Source: Candidatus Wolfebacteria bacterium GW2011_GWE2_44_13
Lineage (GTDB): Bacteria; Patescibacteriota; Minisyncoccia; UBA6257; UBA9933
Direction: 5' to 3'
Length of the DNA stretch: 64,000 nt
Assembly (NCBI GenBank): GCA_001000675.1
Contig: LCHW01000001.1
Coordinates: forward strand, 488,875 to 552,874
The position numbers and the translations under genes are program-made. Shown one piece after another: positions 12,901 to 20,100 of this stretch (positions are counted from its first letter, which is position 1; every line of letters begins with the position of its first letter). The notes beneath the pieces were generated by a model. It ran no database searches. It saw nothing but the letters and a program-made list of their open reading frames with translations, and was not told the origin of the DNA.

Positions 12901-14062
12901 TTGCAGTTAGCTGCGTCGAGCTGGCAAAAACTGTCGTTCGGTCCGATCCATTAAGACGCACGACTGATGCGGAAACAAAATTTGTTCCATTGACCGTCAT
13001 CGTGAATTGCGCATCCCCTACTGTTTTAGAGCTCGGCGATATGCCCGTCGTTGTCGGCACTGGATTGCGTACCTGTATGACCGGCGATAACCCAATGCTT
13101 GTCAGCGTTCCTCCAGCGTCAAAACGCGATTGCGTCGTAAATGTATAGTCACCTGCCGTACTCGGCGCAGTGACTCCGCTCGTACCACCTCCACTTCCGT
13201 ATGTTATTGTTGCCGTTCCTGCCGATGGCATCGTCAAAAAGGGCACGTTAACCGTCCACGGTCCCGCGCCTGAAATTGTTGGCGATCCCGGACCAAGTAA
13301 AACATAATCAACAAAAATCGTTCGCGAATCGCATCCGCTTCCTTTACAAATAATACCCACTCCATTTATTGAAGATCGGGCGGCCGTAAGGTCAAAGGTG
13401 AAGTATGTCCAGGTATTCGCTGCTAATGATTGCACATTGAACGTCTCTTCTGCCGCACCATCACCAAGGTCGGTACCCGTTGTACCATCAACGTATGCCA
13501 CCTGGATATAGTTCATTGCCGACGATATTGCAACCGATGAACGGAGCCATACTCCTAGTTTTGTATACCCAGACCAATCGGCATTCGCAAAACGATAGCT
13601 AAAGGAATCCCCATCATCTGGACCGTTTGCCTGCGTATTAATACATTGGATTGATGCAGTACCCTCCTTTACTGTTCCCGCGGTAGCAGACAACGTGCTG
13701 CATGCATCGAAATCATCCTCTTGCCAGCCCGTTGCCGAGTCGGCAGTTGTTACTACATCGCCCACGATACCAGAGGGTGACGTTGCTGTGATATATCCCG
13801 CCGTTCCGATATTTTCTTGTGGTGCTGACCATCCTGCCGGCACAGCAATAGAAATACCGCCTGAGTCCATTGTTTCTGCGGCTGTAGAAGTAAACGTAAA
13901 CGTATTCCCTGTCGATGAAACATCCGTACTTGTCGGCGTGACGGAATTTGTCCCTGAACCGTTTGCTGCATACACGGGTGCGGTACCCAAAAGAACACTT
14001 CCGATCATTAATCCGACTAGTGCGAATATATTAAACAATGGTACACCTTTTTTATGGGACAT
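3980..14062 (-). CDS. giant secreted adhesin (3360 aa)
   Basis: Single open frame with a signal peptide (LVGLMIGSVLLGTAPVYA). It carries about 24 tandem 90-aa Ig-like repeats of the form VNKANITITLGSSLNPSTYGD...HSITAVYNGDTNFNASTSA, an IPT/TIG-like domain and about 8 larger 150-200-aa repeats. The C-terminus carries two calcium-binding dockerin-type segments. Confidence 0.85.
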   Translation of the reverse strand: MSHKKGVPLFNIFALVGLMIGSVLLGTAPVYAANGSGTNSVTPTSTDVSSTGNTFTFTSTAAETMDSGGISIAVPAGWSAPQENIGTAGYITATSPSGIVGDVVTTADSATGWQEDDFDACSTLSATAGTVKEGTASIQCINTQANGPDDGDSFSYRFANADWSGYTKLGVWLRSSVAISSAMNYIQVAYVDGTTGTDLGDGAAEETFNVQSLAANTWTYFTFDLTAARSSINGVGIICKGSGCDSRTIFVDYVLLGPGSPTISGAGPWTVNVPFLTMPSAGTATITYGSGGGTSGVTAPSTAGDYTFTTQSRFDAGGTLTSIGLSPVIQVRNPVPTTTGISPSSKTVGDAQFTMTVNGTNFVSASVVRLNGSDRTTVFASSTQLTATIPASDMTAPTTTAQITVFNPTPGGGVSNAQTFTVNKANITITLGSSLNPSTYGDSVTFTATTTSSVSTPTGTVTFFNGATPLATSTLTGGVATLATSTLSIATHSITAVYNGDTNFNASTSATVLQTVNKANITITLDSSLNPSTYGDLVTFTATTTSGVGTPSGTVTFKNGGVAFATSTLTDGVATVATSTLTVGAHSITATYNGDATFNASTSAAVSQTVNKANITITLGSSLNPSTYGDLVTFTATTTSGAGTPSGTVTFKDGVTNLATSTLTGGVATFAVSALTVGAHSITAVYNGDTNFNASTSATVSQTVNKANITITLASSLNPSTYGDSVTFTATTTATAGTPSGTVTFFDGATPLATSTLTGGVATLATSSLNVATHSITAVYNGDTNFNASTSAAVSQTVNKANITITLGSSLNPSTYGNLVTFTATTTSSVSTPTGTATFFDGATPLATSTLTGGVATFATSVLTIGAHSIIAVYNGDTNFNASTSAAVSQTVNKANITITLGSSLNPSTYGDSVTFIATTTSGVGTPSGTVTFFNGATPLATSTLSSGVATFLTDALTVGAHSITATYNGDATFNASTSAAVSQTVNKANITITLASSLNPSTYGDSVTFTATTTATAGTPSGTVTFKNGGVAFATSTLTGGVAIVATSTLTVGAHSITATYNGDTNFNVSTSAAVAQTVNKADITITLDSSLNPSTYGDAVTFTATTTSSVGTPSGTVTFFNGATPLATSTLTGGVATLATSSLTVGVHSITAVYNGDANFNASTSAAVAQTVNKANITITLGSSLNPSTYGDSVTFTATTTALFGTPSGTVTFFDGVVSLGDGTLSGGVATLATSSLAVGAHSITATYNGDTNFNASTSAAVSQTVNKANITITLASSLNPSTYGDLVTFTATTTSGLGTPSGTVTFKNGGVAFATSTLTGGVATVATSTLTVGAHSITATYNGDDMFNASTSAAVLQTVNKADITITLDSSLNPSTYGDLVTFTATTTSGAGTPSGTVTFKDGVTNLATSTLTGGVATFATSALTVGAHSITAVYNGDTNFNASTSAAVVQVVNKMDITITLGSSLNPSTYSDSVTFTATTTALSGTPSGTVTFFNGATPLATSTMTGGVATFVTSTLSATTHSITATYNGDTNFNASTSAAVSQVVNKANITIIMGSSLNPSTYGDSVTFTATTTSGVDTPSGTVTFFNETTPLATSTLTGGVATFATDVLLVGTHSITAVYNGDANFNASTSAAVSQVVNKKSVTITLGSSLNPSAYGDLVTFTATTTALSGTPTGDVTFFNGATPLATSTIAGGVATFATSSLAVGVHSITAVYNGDTNFNASTSAAVLQTVNKANITITLASSLNPSTYGDLVTFTAMTTSGVGTPSGTVTFKNGGVAFATSTLTDGVATLATSTLSIATHSITATYNGDTNFNASTSAAVLQTVNKANITITLDSSLNPSTYGDLVTFTATTTSGVGTPSGTVTFKDGVTNLATSTLTGGIATFATDALAVGAHSITAVYNGDANFNASTSATVSQVVNNPTPIITLLSPNTIEEGSATTSLTISGSRFASDATVTFDGTPLTIDTQSSTTINTTIPASLVTAFGTSTVAVINPVPGGGTATSSFIITRGAAKFVFNGHPYSGTVDAPITITIQAQRENGTVVTNYQNDVTLNVSGSALPESVLINIINGVGTTTISNTVAEIVTLTLADTQSTGLDVTATTSATFGHGAITQFTLAGPATLNVGDRAEFTTTRKDQYGNPVTSGPDTTVYFYTTSTSSSAVFYDAATNGNTITSAIIGSGASTTMAWYYDEDPGVYTITASDNGAAPDGDTGINDATSTLTVNAVATRFVIIDPTDGTVDAPITVVVQAQDNLGRLITDYQNDVTLIASSTGGLVNATSTLVGIVNGSGTTTISNTVAETVFLSLADSQGTGLNVASSTQDVVFAPGEVTQFSLTHSGDMEQNTRKEFVAGRKDQYGNFVSASTTQAYLYASPTSTAKFYDADAGGNEITAITLTPGNATTSFWLYSNTPATTTVTVSDNATTPDGDTNINDAVNEILVTPIAVRFEIVDPTDGTVDAPITVTVRALDEFGQVVPSFTEDVTLLVTGSAVANPVLVDLENGVGTTQVSDTVAETVTLTLSDTQSTGLVATSTQNVVFAVGAFAKLNLNNVVNATAGDLVAYTVTRTDQYDNQITSGSITVNLSATPTTTPGTFYSSNATSSSVITSVAIDSGNAVGQFWYYNEVADSYQVTAQTGAVIGYDDIVINAAAIAKFTINDRTSMNPASRVQYTVVRKDQFNNLVTTGDTTAYLYADPAGVGTSFYDAATNGNVVTSVAIGSGQSSQNAWYYEETSGAHTITASDNATAPDGAVGVLDASDVLSVQTATGTRFVFNPDPDPLTITAGNSSLVTIQVQDDFGNIDTNYQNDITLVTGVTSVSGTGLTNGQALIDIVNGEGTITLTDTVAETVNMALSDSQGTGLVVTDTASLVWTAGAVTQFTITDQASIVAGTSTPYTVTRKDQYGNTVTSGSNLVYLYSNSTGASARFQATETGTSSISFVTLANGFASTTFWYYDEDAGTWDITASDNATTADGATGIADASDSLIVTAAPVVADRYIILDPPDAGLNENIVVIIQAQDADGGLDTTVQEDVYLAFSTSSITSSPMKLDGRALVSVVDGIGTVTISDSVAETVQLSLERLTGSTSTLAITSTQDVMFFVRQVAVGGGGGGGSVYVAPTVTFSGRAYPGASVSLFARIGGQDIPLERNIEVRADGTFTIDFSGALRGLESFGLAILDKDGNVAQIKTYTMDKITRATEQKNLYIAPTAGLIQRTVAIGNNAGIAGSAAPGSVIRAEVDGQPVAAQAQVGNDGTYRLLVNTNGLAYGGHIIRMKQVDKDGIESDWSPSKVFMVSRALVTQADLNNNGGIDIGDWSIFLTRFASTDTEARKQVDLNNDGKVDISDFSVFIRSVVNR
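3983..4150 (-). other. C-terminal dockerin-type module of the giant adhesin
   Basis: Duplicated DxNxDGxIDxxD segments (DLNNNGGIDIGDWSIF...DLNNDGKVDISDFSVF) match the dockerin type I calcium-binding repeat pattern. Confidence 0.6.
8270..12800 (-). repeat. intragenic tandem array, about 24 copies of a roughly 270-bp unit (Ig-like repeat)
   Basis: Near-identical 270-bp units visible directly in the sequence. They generate the run of spurious plus-strand ORFs at 8016-13148 in the ORF track. Confidence 0.85.
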
Positions 14063-14142
14063 AGACAGGTATTTTGTTTACGTTTATTACTTTTATAAGT
14101 ATATCACTCTTATATATGTGCGTGTATGGGGATAACTTTTTT

Positions 14143-15324
14143 TCATTGTACACCTCCCCTTGTGTAGTTGCTTGATGGGTTCCATAACATATACCCAGCG
14201 TAGTTCTCGCCCAATACATCTTCCGTTGCTTTAATCTGTTTACCAATCATTACGCTGTCATAATCCGCGCCAAGGTCAAAGTCTTGCAACCATGGTCTTA
14301 GTTGTGCAGTCGTTGATGCGGTCGTTCGATATATATCTAATCGTTGCTGTCCTTTTTGCATTGAATCCGCAACGATTTCATAGGGCCACGCTGCTGGCTT
14401 TTTATATCCCATGAATCCGTTTGGGTAGTGTGATGGGTACACCATTGGAGCGATGTAATCGAAATTCGCGTACGCATCTTCTACAATTTGTCCGATTCCA
14501 ATATCCTCCGCCTTAATCATCGTAAAGCCAAACAAGTCTGCCGAAATGATAGTTCCCTTTGTTTGTTCACGCAGATAGCGCATGAACTTTTTTATTGCCT
14601 CTGTCTTTGACGCGTCTACGGGTGTAATGGGATAGCCTATATTTGATAACGATCCATCAGACGGAAATCGAATGTAATCGTAATTCACTTCATCAAACCC
14701 GTAACTCAAAACATCTTTTGATAGCGCTACAACATATTCGTGCACCTCTGTTGATGATGGGTCAACCCATGCGAGTTTTTTATTATCACGCCAAAGGGTC
14801 TTCCCCGATATCACACCACCTGCAGCACGTAGCTTTGCCACGTCTTGCACCGCAAGGTCGGGACGTGCTTCTGCAAAAGCACTGTCTTGGAATACTGCGA
14901 CGCGCGCGATGACGTAAATCTCTTCGTCGTGAAATCTCTGTACTAAGCCCGCGAGATCTTTGATAAATTTTTGACGCAACTTATACTGTTTAACAATTTC
15001 CAGTTGCGAGTCATATGCCACCATGCCAAACGAATCTTTGACATCTATCACAACTGCGTTGAGCCCATCTTTTTTCATATTGATAACCGCCTGCACTTTA
15101 TCTTCGCGGCCACCGGAAGGCGCAGTTAAATATACCGCCTTCATAATTTTTGGCGTTGCCATTCTTTTTATTATTGGCTCTTCTTTTTTTAACAATGCTT
15201 CTTCGCGTGAAGACGGTGTAGAAGTTGCAGTTGGATTGATGAGTGCGTTATTTGTTTGCGACAAACCAAACGCTGCTGCGCTTACCATTACTCCGCCAAC
15301 TCCAATAAAAAATAACTTCTTCAT
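14143..15324 (-). CDS. putative TIM-barrel glycoside hydrolase (DUF4015/GHL10-like), secreted
   Basis: Signal/TM N-terminus. Motifs AVVIDVKD..G.VAYDS, YVIARVAVFQD and GFDEVNYDYIRFP recall the DUF4015 putative glycosyl hydrolase family. Start is placed at the first true ATG (MKKLFF) because the upstream M in the track is a GTG. Confidence 0.55.
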   Translation of the reverse strand: MKKLFFIGVGGVMVSAAAFGLSQTNNALINPTATSTPSSREEALLKKEEPIIKRMATPKIMKAVYLTAPSGGREDKVQAVINMKKDGLNAVVIDVKDSFGMVAYDSQLEIVKQYKLRQKFIKDLAGLVQRFHDEEIYVIARVAVFQDSAFAEARPDLAVQDVAKLRAAGGVISGKTLWRDNKKLAWVDPSSTEVHEYVVALSKDVLSYGFDEVNYDYIRFPSDGSLSNIGYPITPVDASKTEAIKKFMRYLREQTKGTIISADLFGFTMIKAEDIGIGQIVEDAYANFDYIAPMVYPSHYPNGFMGYKKPAAWPYEIVADSMQKGQQRLDIYRTTASTTAQLRPWLQDFDLGADYDSVMIGKQIKATEDVLGENYAGYMLWNPSSNYTRGGVQ

Positions 15325-15535
15325 ATATCTAAAGTATATCACGTATATTCACTATGTAATATAGCAAACAACTCGTACAGTACTGCATTTTTCATTTTTT
15401 AACTTCTCTTTTGTTACATATATTTTCCAAACAAAAATTTATTCCACATCCTTAAGCGGTAGCCCTCTCGGCTTTTGTCGATTACTTAAATATACCATCC
15501 TCACGTATCAATATTACGCATACTGTACGGATCTC

Positions 15536-15712
15536 TATTTGTGTCATTCCCACCCTTCGTCCGCCAACCGGCGGATCAGAGTAAACTGCGGCGGGAATCC
15601 AGAATTCTTCCGAGTACGCCCTCCCAATCCTAGAGGGCTTATGAGTAAGAACAGACTCTAAGGAGAATCTGGCGATTTCCTAGATTCCCGCCTGCGCGGG
15701 AATGACAATCAG
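15536..15712. repeat. REP/MITE-like palindromic element (long copy)
   Basis: Terminal inverted repeats TGTCATTCCC...GGCGGGAATCCAGAATTC and CTAGATTCCCGCCTGCGCGGGAATGACA flank about 120 bp. It belongs to the same family as the elements at 36.6, 46.7, 48.0, 49.05, 51.5 and 61.1 kb. Confidence 0.6.
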
Positions 15713-15912
15713 TTGAAGCTTATGGAGCCAATGCGTTTTTACGAATTTCGAGCGCACCACGAAAGCAGAGCATCCACATATCCGGTATTATCCCCACTAT
15801 ACATTCTCCAGCTCCCTTCTTAGGCTTATCCGTTCTACTTTTGTTCTACATACATTCACTACGCTATATACACGTTCATTATCGTATGTTCTACATCTGT
15901 TCTATATCTACC

Positions 15913-15946
15913 AAAAAAGAGGCTTTTCTATTGCCTCTTTCTTTTT
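15913..15946 (-). terminator. rho-independent terminator downstream of proB
   Basis: AAGAGGCaatagaaaaGCCTCTT hairpin followed by a T-run on the minus strand. Confidence 0.5.
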
Positions 15947-16668
15947 ACCTTAAACGTCGTTCCTATTTCTTTTCCATCTATTGCATCAATGATCGCGTTG
16001 CGCTTTTTGCCAGGCACAAGCCATACGCCAACCCCCTTTTTACATACCATATCAGCAACCGTCAGCTTACTTTGCATCCCCCCACTTCCCACAGCGCTTT
16101 TCCCCCGCACAAGCTGAGATGCCTTTTGTATATCATCCACCGCATGAATAACCTCACCCGTGTCGTAATTAATCAAGCCTTTTTCTCTAATAAGAAGGTA
16201 TAGCTGATCAGCTGCAATCATCGTTGCAACACGTGCCGCAAGGATGTCATTATCTGCATATTCTTTTATTGCATCCAGCTCTTCCCCACTCACGCTGTCA
16301 TTTGCGTTAATTACGGGAATGATTCCGTTCTTCATGGCTTCTAAGAGTACCTTTTTCGTATACGTACTGCGCTCGCCGCTCAGATCTTCATGTGTATAGA
16401 GTAGCTGACATACTTCGCGTCCAAATTTATTACAGTAACTCCCATACAGTTGCATCAACTTTGGCTGCCCAATTGCCGCACGAAGGCTTTTAGAAAACGT
16501 CGTAGTTGGACAACTTGCCACTGCCCCCGAAGATACCAACGCAACCGAGTGTCCGCGGCTAATTAGTTCGTTTACCTGCTCCACGATAGATGCGATAGTG
16601 CGTCGGTCTATTACCCCGCCTTCTTTCTTCACAAGTACCGCGCTCCCAATTTTTATCACGATCTTCAT
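15928..16668 (-). CDS. proB: glutamate 5-kinase (no PUA domain)
   Basis: Has the KIVIKIGSAVL N-terminus, the AVGSGGMQSK ATP-binding motif and the amino-acid kinase fold pattern. Start is placed at the internal ATG (MKIVIKIGS). Confidence 0.85.
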   Translation of the reverse strand: MKIVIKIGSAVLVKKEGGVIDRRTIASIVEQVNELISRGHSVALVSSGAVASCPTTTFSKSLRAAIGQPKLMQLYGSYCNKFGREVCQLLYTHEDLSGERSTYTKKVLLEAMKNGIIPVINANDSVSGEELDAIKEYADNDILAARVATMIAADQLYLLIREKGLINYDTGEVIHAVDDIQKASQLVRGKSAVGSGGMQSKLTVADMVCKKGVGVWLVPGKKRNAIIDAIDGKEIGTTFKVKRKRQ

Positions 16669-16699
16669 ACTTTTATTATATATGTTTGTCCATATAAAT

Positions 16700-16728
16700 A
16701 AAATCCGCGGGCATACGCCCGCGGCTCT
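16700..16728 (-). terminator. rho-independent terminator
   Basis: CCGCGGGCgtatGCCCGCGG hairpin followed by attttattt on the minus strand, directly after the 16730 gene stop. Confidence 0.5.
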
Positions 16729-16729
16729 G

Positions 16730-16915
16730 TTATCCACTTCCCCGCCAATCACTTTCCTTTTCCTCTTTCTCCTGCACAACACATGTTCCGATCTGTACCT
16801 TATCAAAACAACTTACACAGGCCATGATCTCATTGCCTTTTCTGTCCCTATCGGACAGCGGCTTCATTTTTCCTCTGAACAGATACGGCTTGCCACATAG
16901 CATACAGTGGGGCAT
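16730..16915 (-). CDS. small zinc-ribbon protein (CxxC...CxxC)
   Basis: 61 aa with two CxxC pairs. A strong GAGGAGGG Shine-Dalgarno sits 6 nt upstream of the ATG, and a dedicated terminator follows. Confidence 0.55.
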   Translation of the reverse strand: MPHCMLCGKPYLFRGKMKPLSDRDRKGNEIMACVSCFDKVQIGTCVVQEKEEKESDWRGSG

Positions 16916-16938
16916 GTTCCCTCCTCGTCTTTTCGAAT

Positions 16939-17733
16939 TTATTTGCTGTCATTAGTGTCTTCCACTTGCTTCTTATTGTCAAACCGCAGACTATCGCCAA
17001 TTGCATATGGCCCTACGCTTGTTCGCACTAATCGGGCGAGTATCGCGTCTGCGCCCAACTGTCTTCCTATTGTATGTGCAAGCGTGCGGATATATGTTCC
17101 ACTCCCGCATTGCACCGTTACGCGTACAACGTCGAATATTTCCTTTTCTTTTTCACCCAACAAAGCATTCCATTGAGCTACTATTGCTTCTTGTCTAAAA
17201 TCTCCTGCTACGTTTCCAATATTTTTTTTAATCACATCTTGTAGCGCTAACCCCGTTACACTTCTTCGCTCTATCACGCGCATCGATTGTACACACATTA
17301 ATCGCGTTGGGGTTTTTATTTCATGCATTCTATTTTCGCGCGCCCATTGAAATAATGGTTTACCTTCTACCGGTTTTGACGAGTATATCGGAAACGCATA
17401 TTCTTTTTCACCATGCATATTTTTGATCGCTTCTTCTAGTTGCTCATTTGTAATCTTTTGGGCTGCGCGTATCGTCGGCATACCTAAAAGATCGTGCGTA
17501 TCTGTTCCAATACCGAACATAATATCAGCCTCGTATGTTTTATCGAGTTTTGTATATTCTTCTTTTGTATGCACCGCCTCCCCTACAAGTACCACTAATA
17601 CGCCTTCTGCCATGGGATCAAGTCGCCCTGCATATGTCATCTTTGCGTCCTGTAATTCTGGACGCACTTTGCGCAATGCATCGAGCGCCTGTAATGGCGT
17701 CCATCCTAGGGGTTTATAAATATTCAATACCAT
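16939..17733 (-). CDS. truB: tRNA pseudouridine synthase, TruB-family
   Basis: The YAGRLDPMAEGVLVVLVGEA segment matches the TruB/Cbf5 catalytic-Asp motif (GTLDPxAxGVL). Confidence 0.75.
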   Translation of the reverse strand: MVLNIYKPLGWTPLQALDALRKVRPELQDAKMTYAGRLDPMAEGVLVVLVGEAVHTKEEYTKLDKTYEADIMFGIGTDTHDLLGMPTIRAAQKITNEQLEEAIKNMHGEKEYAFPIYSSKPVEGKPLFQWARENRMHEIKTPTRLMCVQSMRVIERRSVTGLALQDVIKKNIGNVAGDFRQEAIVAQWNALLGEKEKEIFDVVRVTVQCGSGTYIRTLAHTIGRQLGADAILARLVRTSVGPYAIGDSLRFDNKKQVEDTNDSK

Positions 17734-17764
17734 TTTTTCTCAAGCGTAAGCATTCAGACATTCG

Positions 17765-18778
17765 TTACAACGAATACGCCCAACTAAATATCTCTTCTAT
17801 TGTTTTACTATCGAGATGCGGACTATGCGTGCTCTCATCTATGGATGTTGCCGGATTATTTTTGAAAATGTTTAATCGTACTTGATTCGTATTTTTTATT
17901 TGCTCATATAATTTTGGCTGAGCCTTGTTGCATATTGAATCTCTTTCTCCACAATTAAGCAGAATTCGCGCAGGGCTTTTTATTGCAATGTTTACAGTCT
18001 CGCTACTCACGAAGTTTGTCGTACACGTGCCCGACCCATCATCTTTTTTTAGTTGCGATGGATGAAACCCCGCATCAACAACCACCCCTCGTATGTCTTG
18101 TACCATGTCGTTAACAAGCATTGAAAAAACTGCCCCTTCGGAAAAGCCATACACAACAAAACCCTTTACTCCGAGATTACGCATCGCCCAGCTTCTTGCA
18201 TCTTGCACCATTTCTATATCCACATTCCCGCTTTTTTCAAGCCTAAACTGCCTCTTGCTGCAATACGGGCATTCCGCCTGAAATAAAATAACGGCAATTC
18301 CTTCGGAAAGCGCCTTTTCTATTATGGGCTGTGCCTTTAGTGCAAACTGACACGCAATACCGTTTGTTCCAGGAAACATAAGGAGTCCCTGCTCGGCTTT
18401 TTGTGTGCCTTCAGGAAGAAGATAGACGATGTTTGCCCCGTGGGCTAAGGCCTCTGTTTTTGCTGCTACTCCAAAAATCGAAGATAGCCGATTTATGTCG
18501 CATCGGCTGGAAATTTCACATGTAAAACCACTAGGACTGCTAATTGAGTCTACTTCTTCTTGCGTATCCTTTTTTCTGCTTTCGTCACTGGTATTTCCTT
18601 TGCCCACCTCTTCCTGTACGAGTATTTGCTGCTGACTGTTTTTCTCTTCTTTAATAGCGCCAACCGACTTTTCCTTGTTGCTCTCCTCTAAACGTGCCGT
18701 GTACATAAATATAAACCCGCATATCATAAGCGCGCCACATACCCCCCCTCCAATTATTACTTTTCTTTGTGTAGCCAT
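17765..18778 (-). CDS. membrane-anchored alpha/beta-hydrolase fold protein (esterase/lipase-like)
   Basis: N-terminal TM helix, a charged linker, a GFSEGA (GxSxG) nucleophile elbow, and later acidic and His residues. Confidence 0.55.
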   Translation of the reverse strand: MATQRKVIIGGGVCGALMICGFIFMYTARLEESNKEKSVGAIKEEKNSQQQILVQEEVGKGNTSDESRKKDTQEEVDSISSPSGFTCEISSRCDINRLSSIFGVAAKTEALAHGANIVYLLPEGTQKAEQGLLMFPGTNGIACQFALKAQPIIEKALSEGIAVILFQAECPYCSKRQFRLEKSGNVDIEMVQDARSWAMRNLGVKGFVVYGFSEGAVFSMLVNDMVQDIRGVVVDAGFHPSQLKKDDGSGTCTTNFVSSETVNIAIKSPARILLNCGERDSICNKAQPKLYEQIKNTNQVRLNIFKNNPATSIDESTHSPHLDSKTIEEIFSWAYSL

Positions 18779-18860
18779 TTTTATATATGCATCGTATCGT
18801 ATTCAATTATATAAGACAATAAAAACGCCTGCACCATGCAGACGTTTTTTGTTCTTACTA

Positions 18861-20018
18861 TTATCGCTTCAACCACACCTTTTGATACAGCATCATAGAA
18901 ATACTTCCGAGTGATGCGATGAGGAGCAAGAAGGCGAACAACCAACCTACGATTGGAATCATTCCAACTACTTGAAACACGAACACACCGATTACCGCAT
19001 TTTGCCAGTTCACTTCGTATGCACTCGCTTTCTTAATCATCTTCACTAATACCGTTCCAACAATAATGCCTGCGAGCACCTTTGCTGCCATGATCAGTAA
19101 TGTGTATAACAGTATTCCTGCGATACCAAGACCGATCCCAATAATACTCATAAATGCGAGAATGATTGCTGCGGGGCAAACAATCAATACCACAAATCCA
19201 CGAACCATTTCTTTACCGAAATTATCCGCGACTGTTTTTGTAAGTGACTGAATACCTTTACGGAACAATGTAACTCCCAGTACCGCGATAAGCATAGCGG
19301 CGATTAACTTTAACAATGCTACCGCTCCAACCATCGCCACCATTGCAGCTCCAGCTCGTTTGTCTACGCGTGTTGGTCGCTCTACTTTTTCAAACTTTGT
19401 TTCTCCTTGAATGACAGCGCCTTCAGCGACGATTACGGCGTCGGCTGCTTTATACCAAAGATTGCCATCAATCTTTGCGCTTCTTCCTATTGAAAATTGT
19501 TTATCTGATCGAACAGAAACGTCTTTACCAACGGTTCCATTGATCGTTACTTCTCCGGCTGCAACCTTTACACTCCCTTGTACTGTGCCATCGATAATTA
19601 CTTGTCCACCAGCGACAATAACATCTCCCGCAACTGTTGCACCAGAAATAATATGGAGTACACCTCCTGCGGCAACCACATCTCCTCCAACGGCATTCCC
19701 AATTGTGATTGTTCCGCCAACTACACGAACATCGTCTCCGACCACTCCTAACAACTCAACTGTTCCTCCTGCTGCAAACAAATCTCCCTCAACACTTCCT
19801 GTGAGTAACATATTTGCACCCGCTGCGGCTAAATCTCCTGACACCTCCCCTGCTACTACATTCGTCTGTGCGGCGACGTAAAGATCGCTCGCAACTGCAT
19901 CACCTTTTTGTAAGGTGTAATCACGCACTGCCTTAAGCTCTGCCCCCTGTGCCATTGCTGGCACGAGCACTATTGCAACCGCAAACACCAACGCTATCGT
20001 TTGTTTTATGTTTTTCAT
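18861..20018 (-). CDS. secreted bactofilin-like beta-helical repeat domain fused to polytopic membrane domain
   Basis: Signal peptide followed by repeated V.GDV.AAGG.V.I.G motifs characteristic of polymer-forming cytoskeletal proteins (DUF583). About 4 C-terminal TM helices follow. Confidence 0.5.
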   Translation of the reverse strand: MKNIKQTIALVFAVAIVLVPAMAQGAELKAVRDYTLQKGDAVASDLYVAAQTNVVAGEVSGDLAAAGANMLLTGSVEGDLFAAGGTVELLGVVGDDVRVVGGTITIGNAVGGDVVAAGGVLHIISGATVAGDVIVAGGQVIIDGTVQGSVKVAAGEVTINGTVGKDVSVRSDKQFSIGRSAKIDGNLWYKAADAVIVAEGAVIQGETKFEKVERPTRVDKRAGAAMVAMVGAVALLKLIAAMLIAVLGVTLFRKGIQSLTKTVADNFGKEMVRGFVVLIVCPAAIILAFMSIIGIGLGIAGILLYTLLIMAAKVLAGIIVGTVLVKMIKKASAYEVNWQNAVIGVFVFQVVGMIPIVGWLFAFLLLIASLGSISMMLYQKVWLKR

Positions 20019-20100
20019 AAAAAATAATACGAGTATTAGTTAGCGACTATTACTCGTATTATACCCCTTTTTATGCAATTGTTCCACACATTCGTCCAGC

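Noticed and set aside
8016-13148. Series of long plus-strand ORFs (8016..8798, 9927..10772, 11337..12182 and others) with repetitive TVCxTAAEVLALK peptides
   Set aside because: They are antisense to the 10-kb adhesin gene and simply mirror its 270-bp tandem repeats. They have no independent start or Shine-Dalgarno context, and the minus-strand frame is continuous with clear domains.
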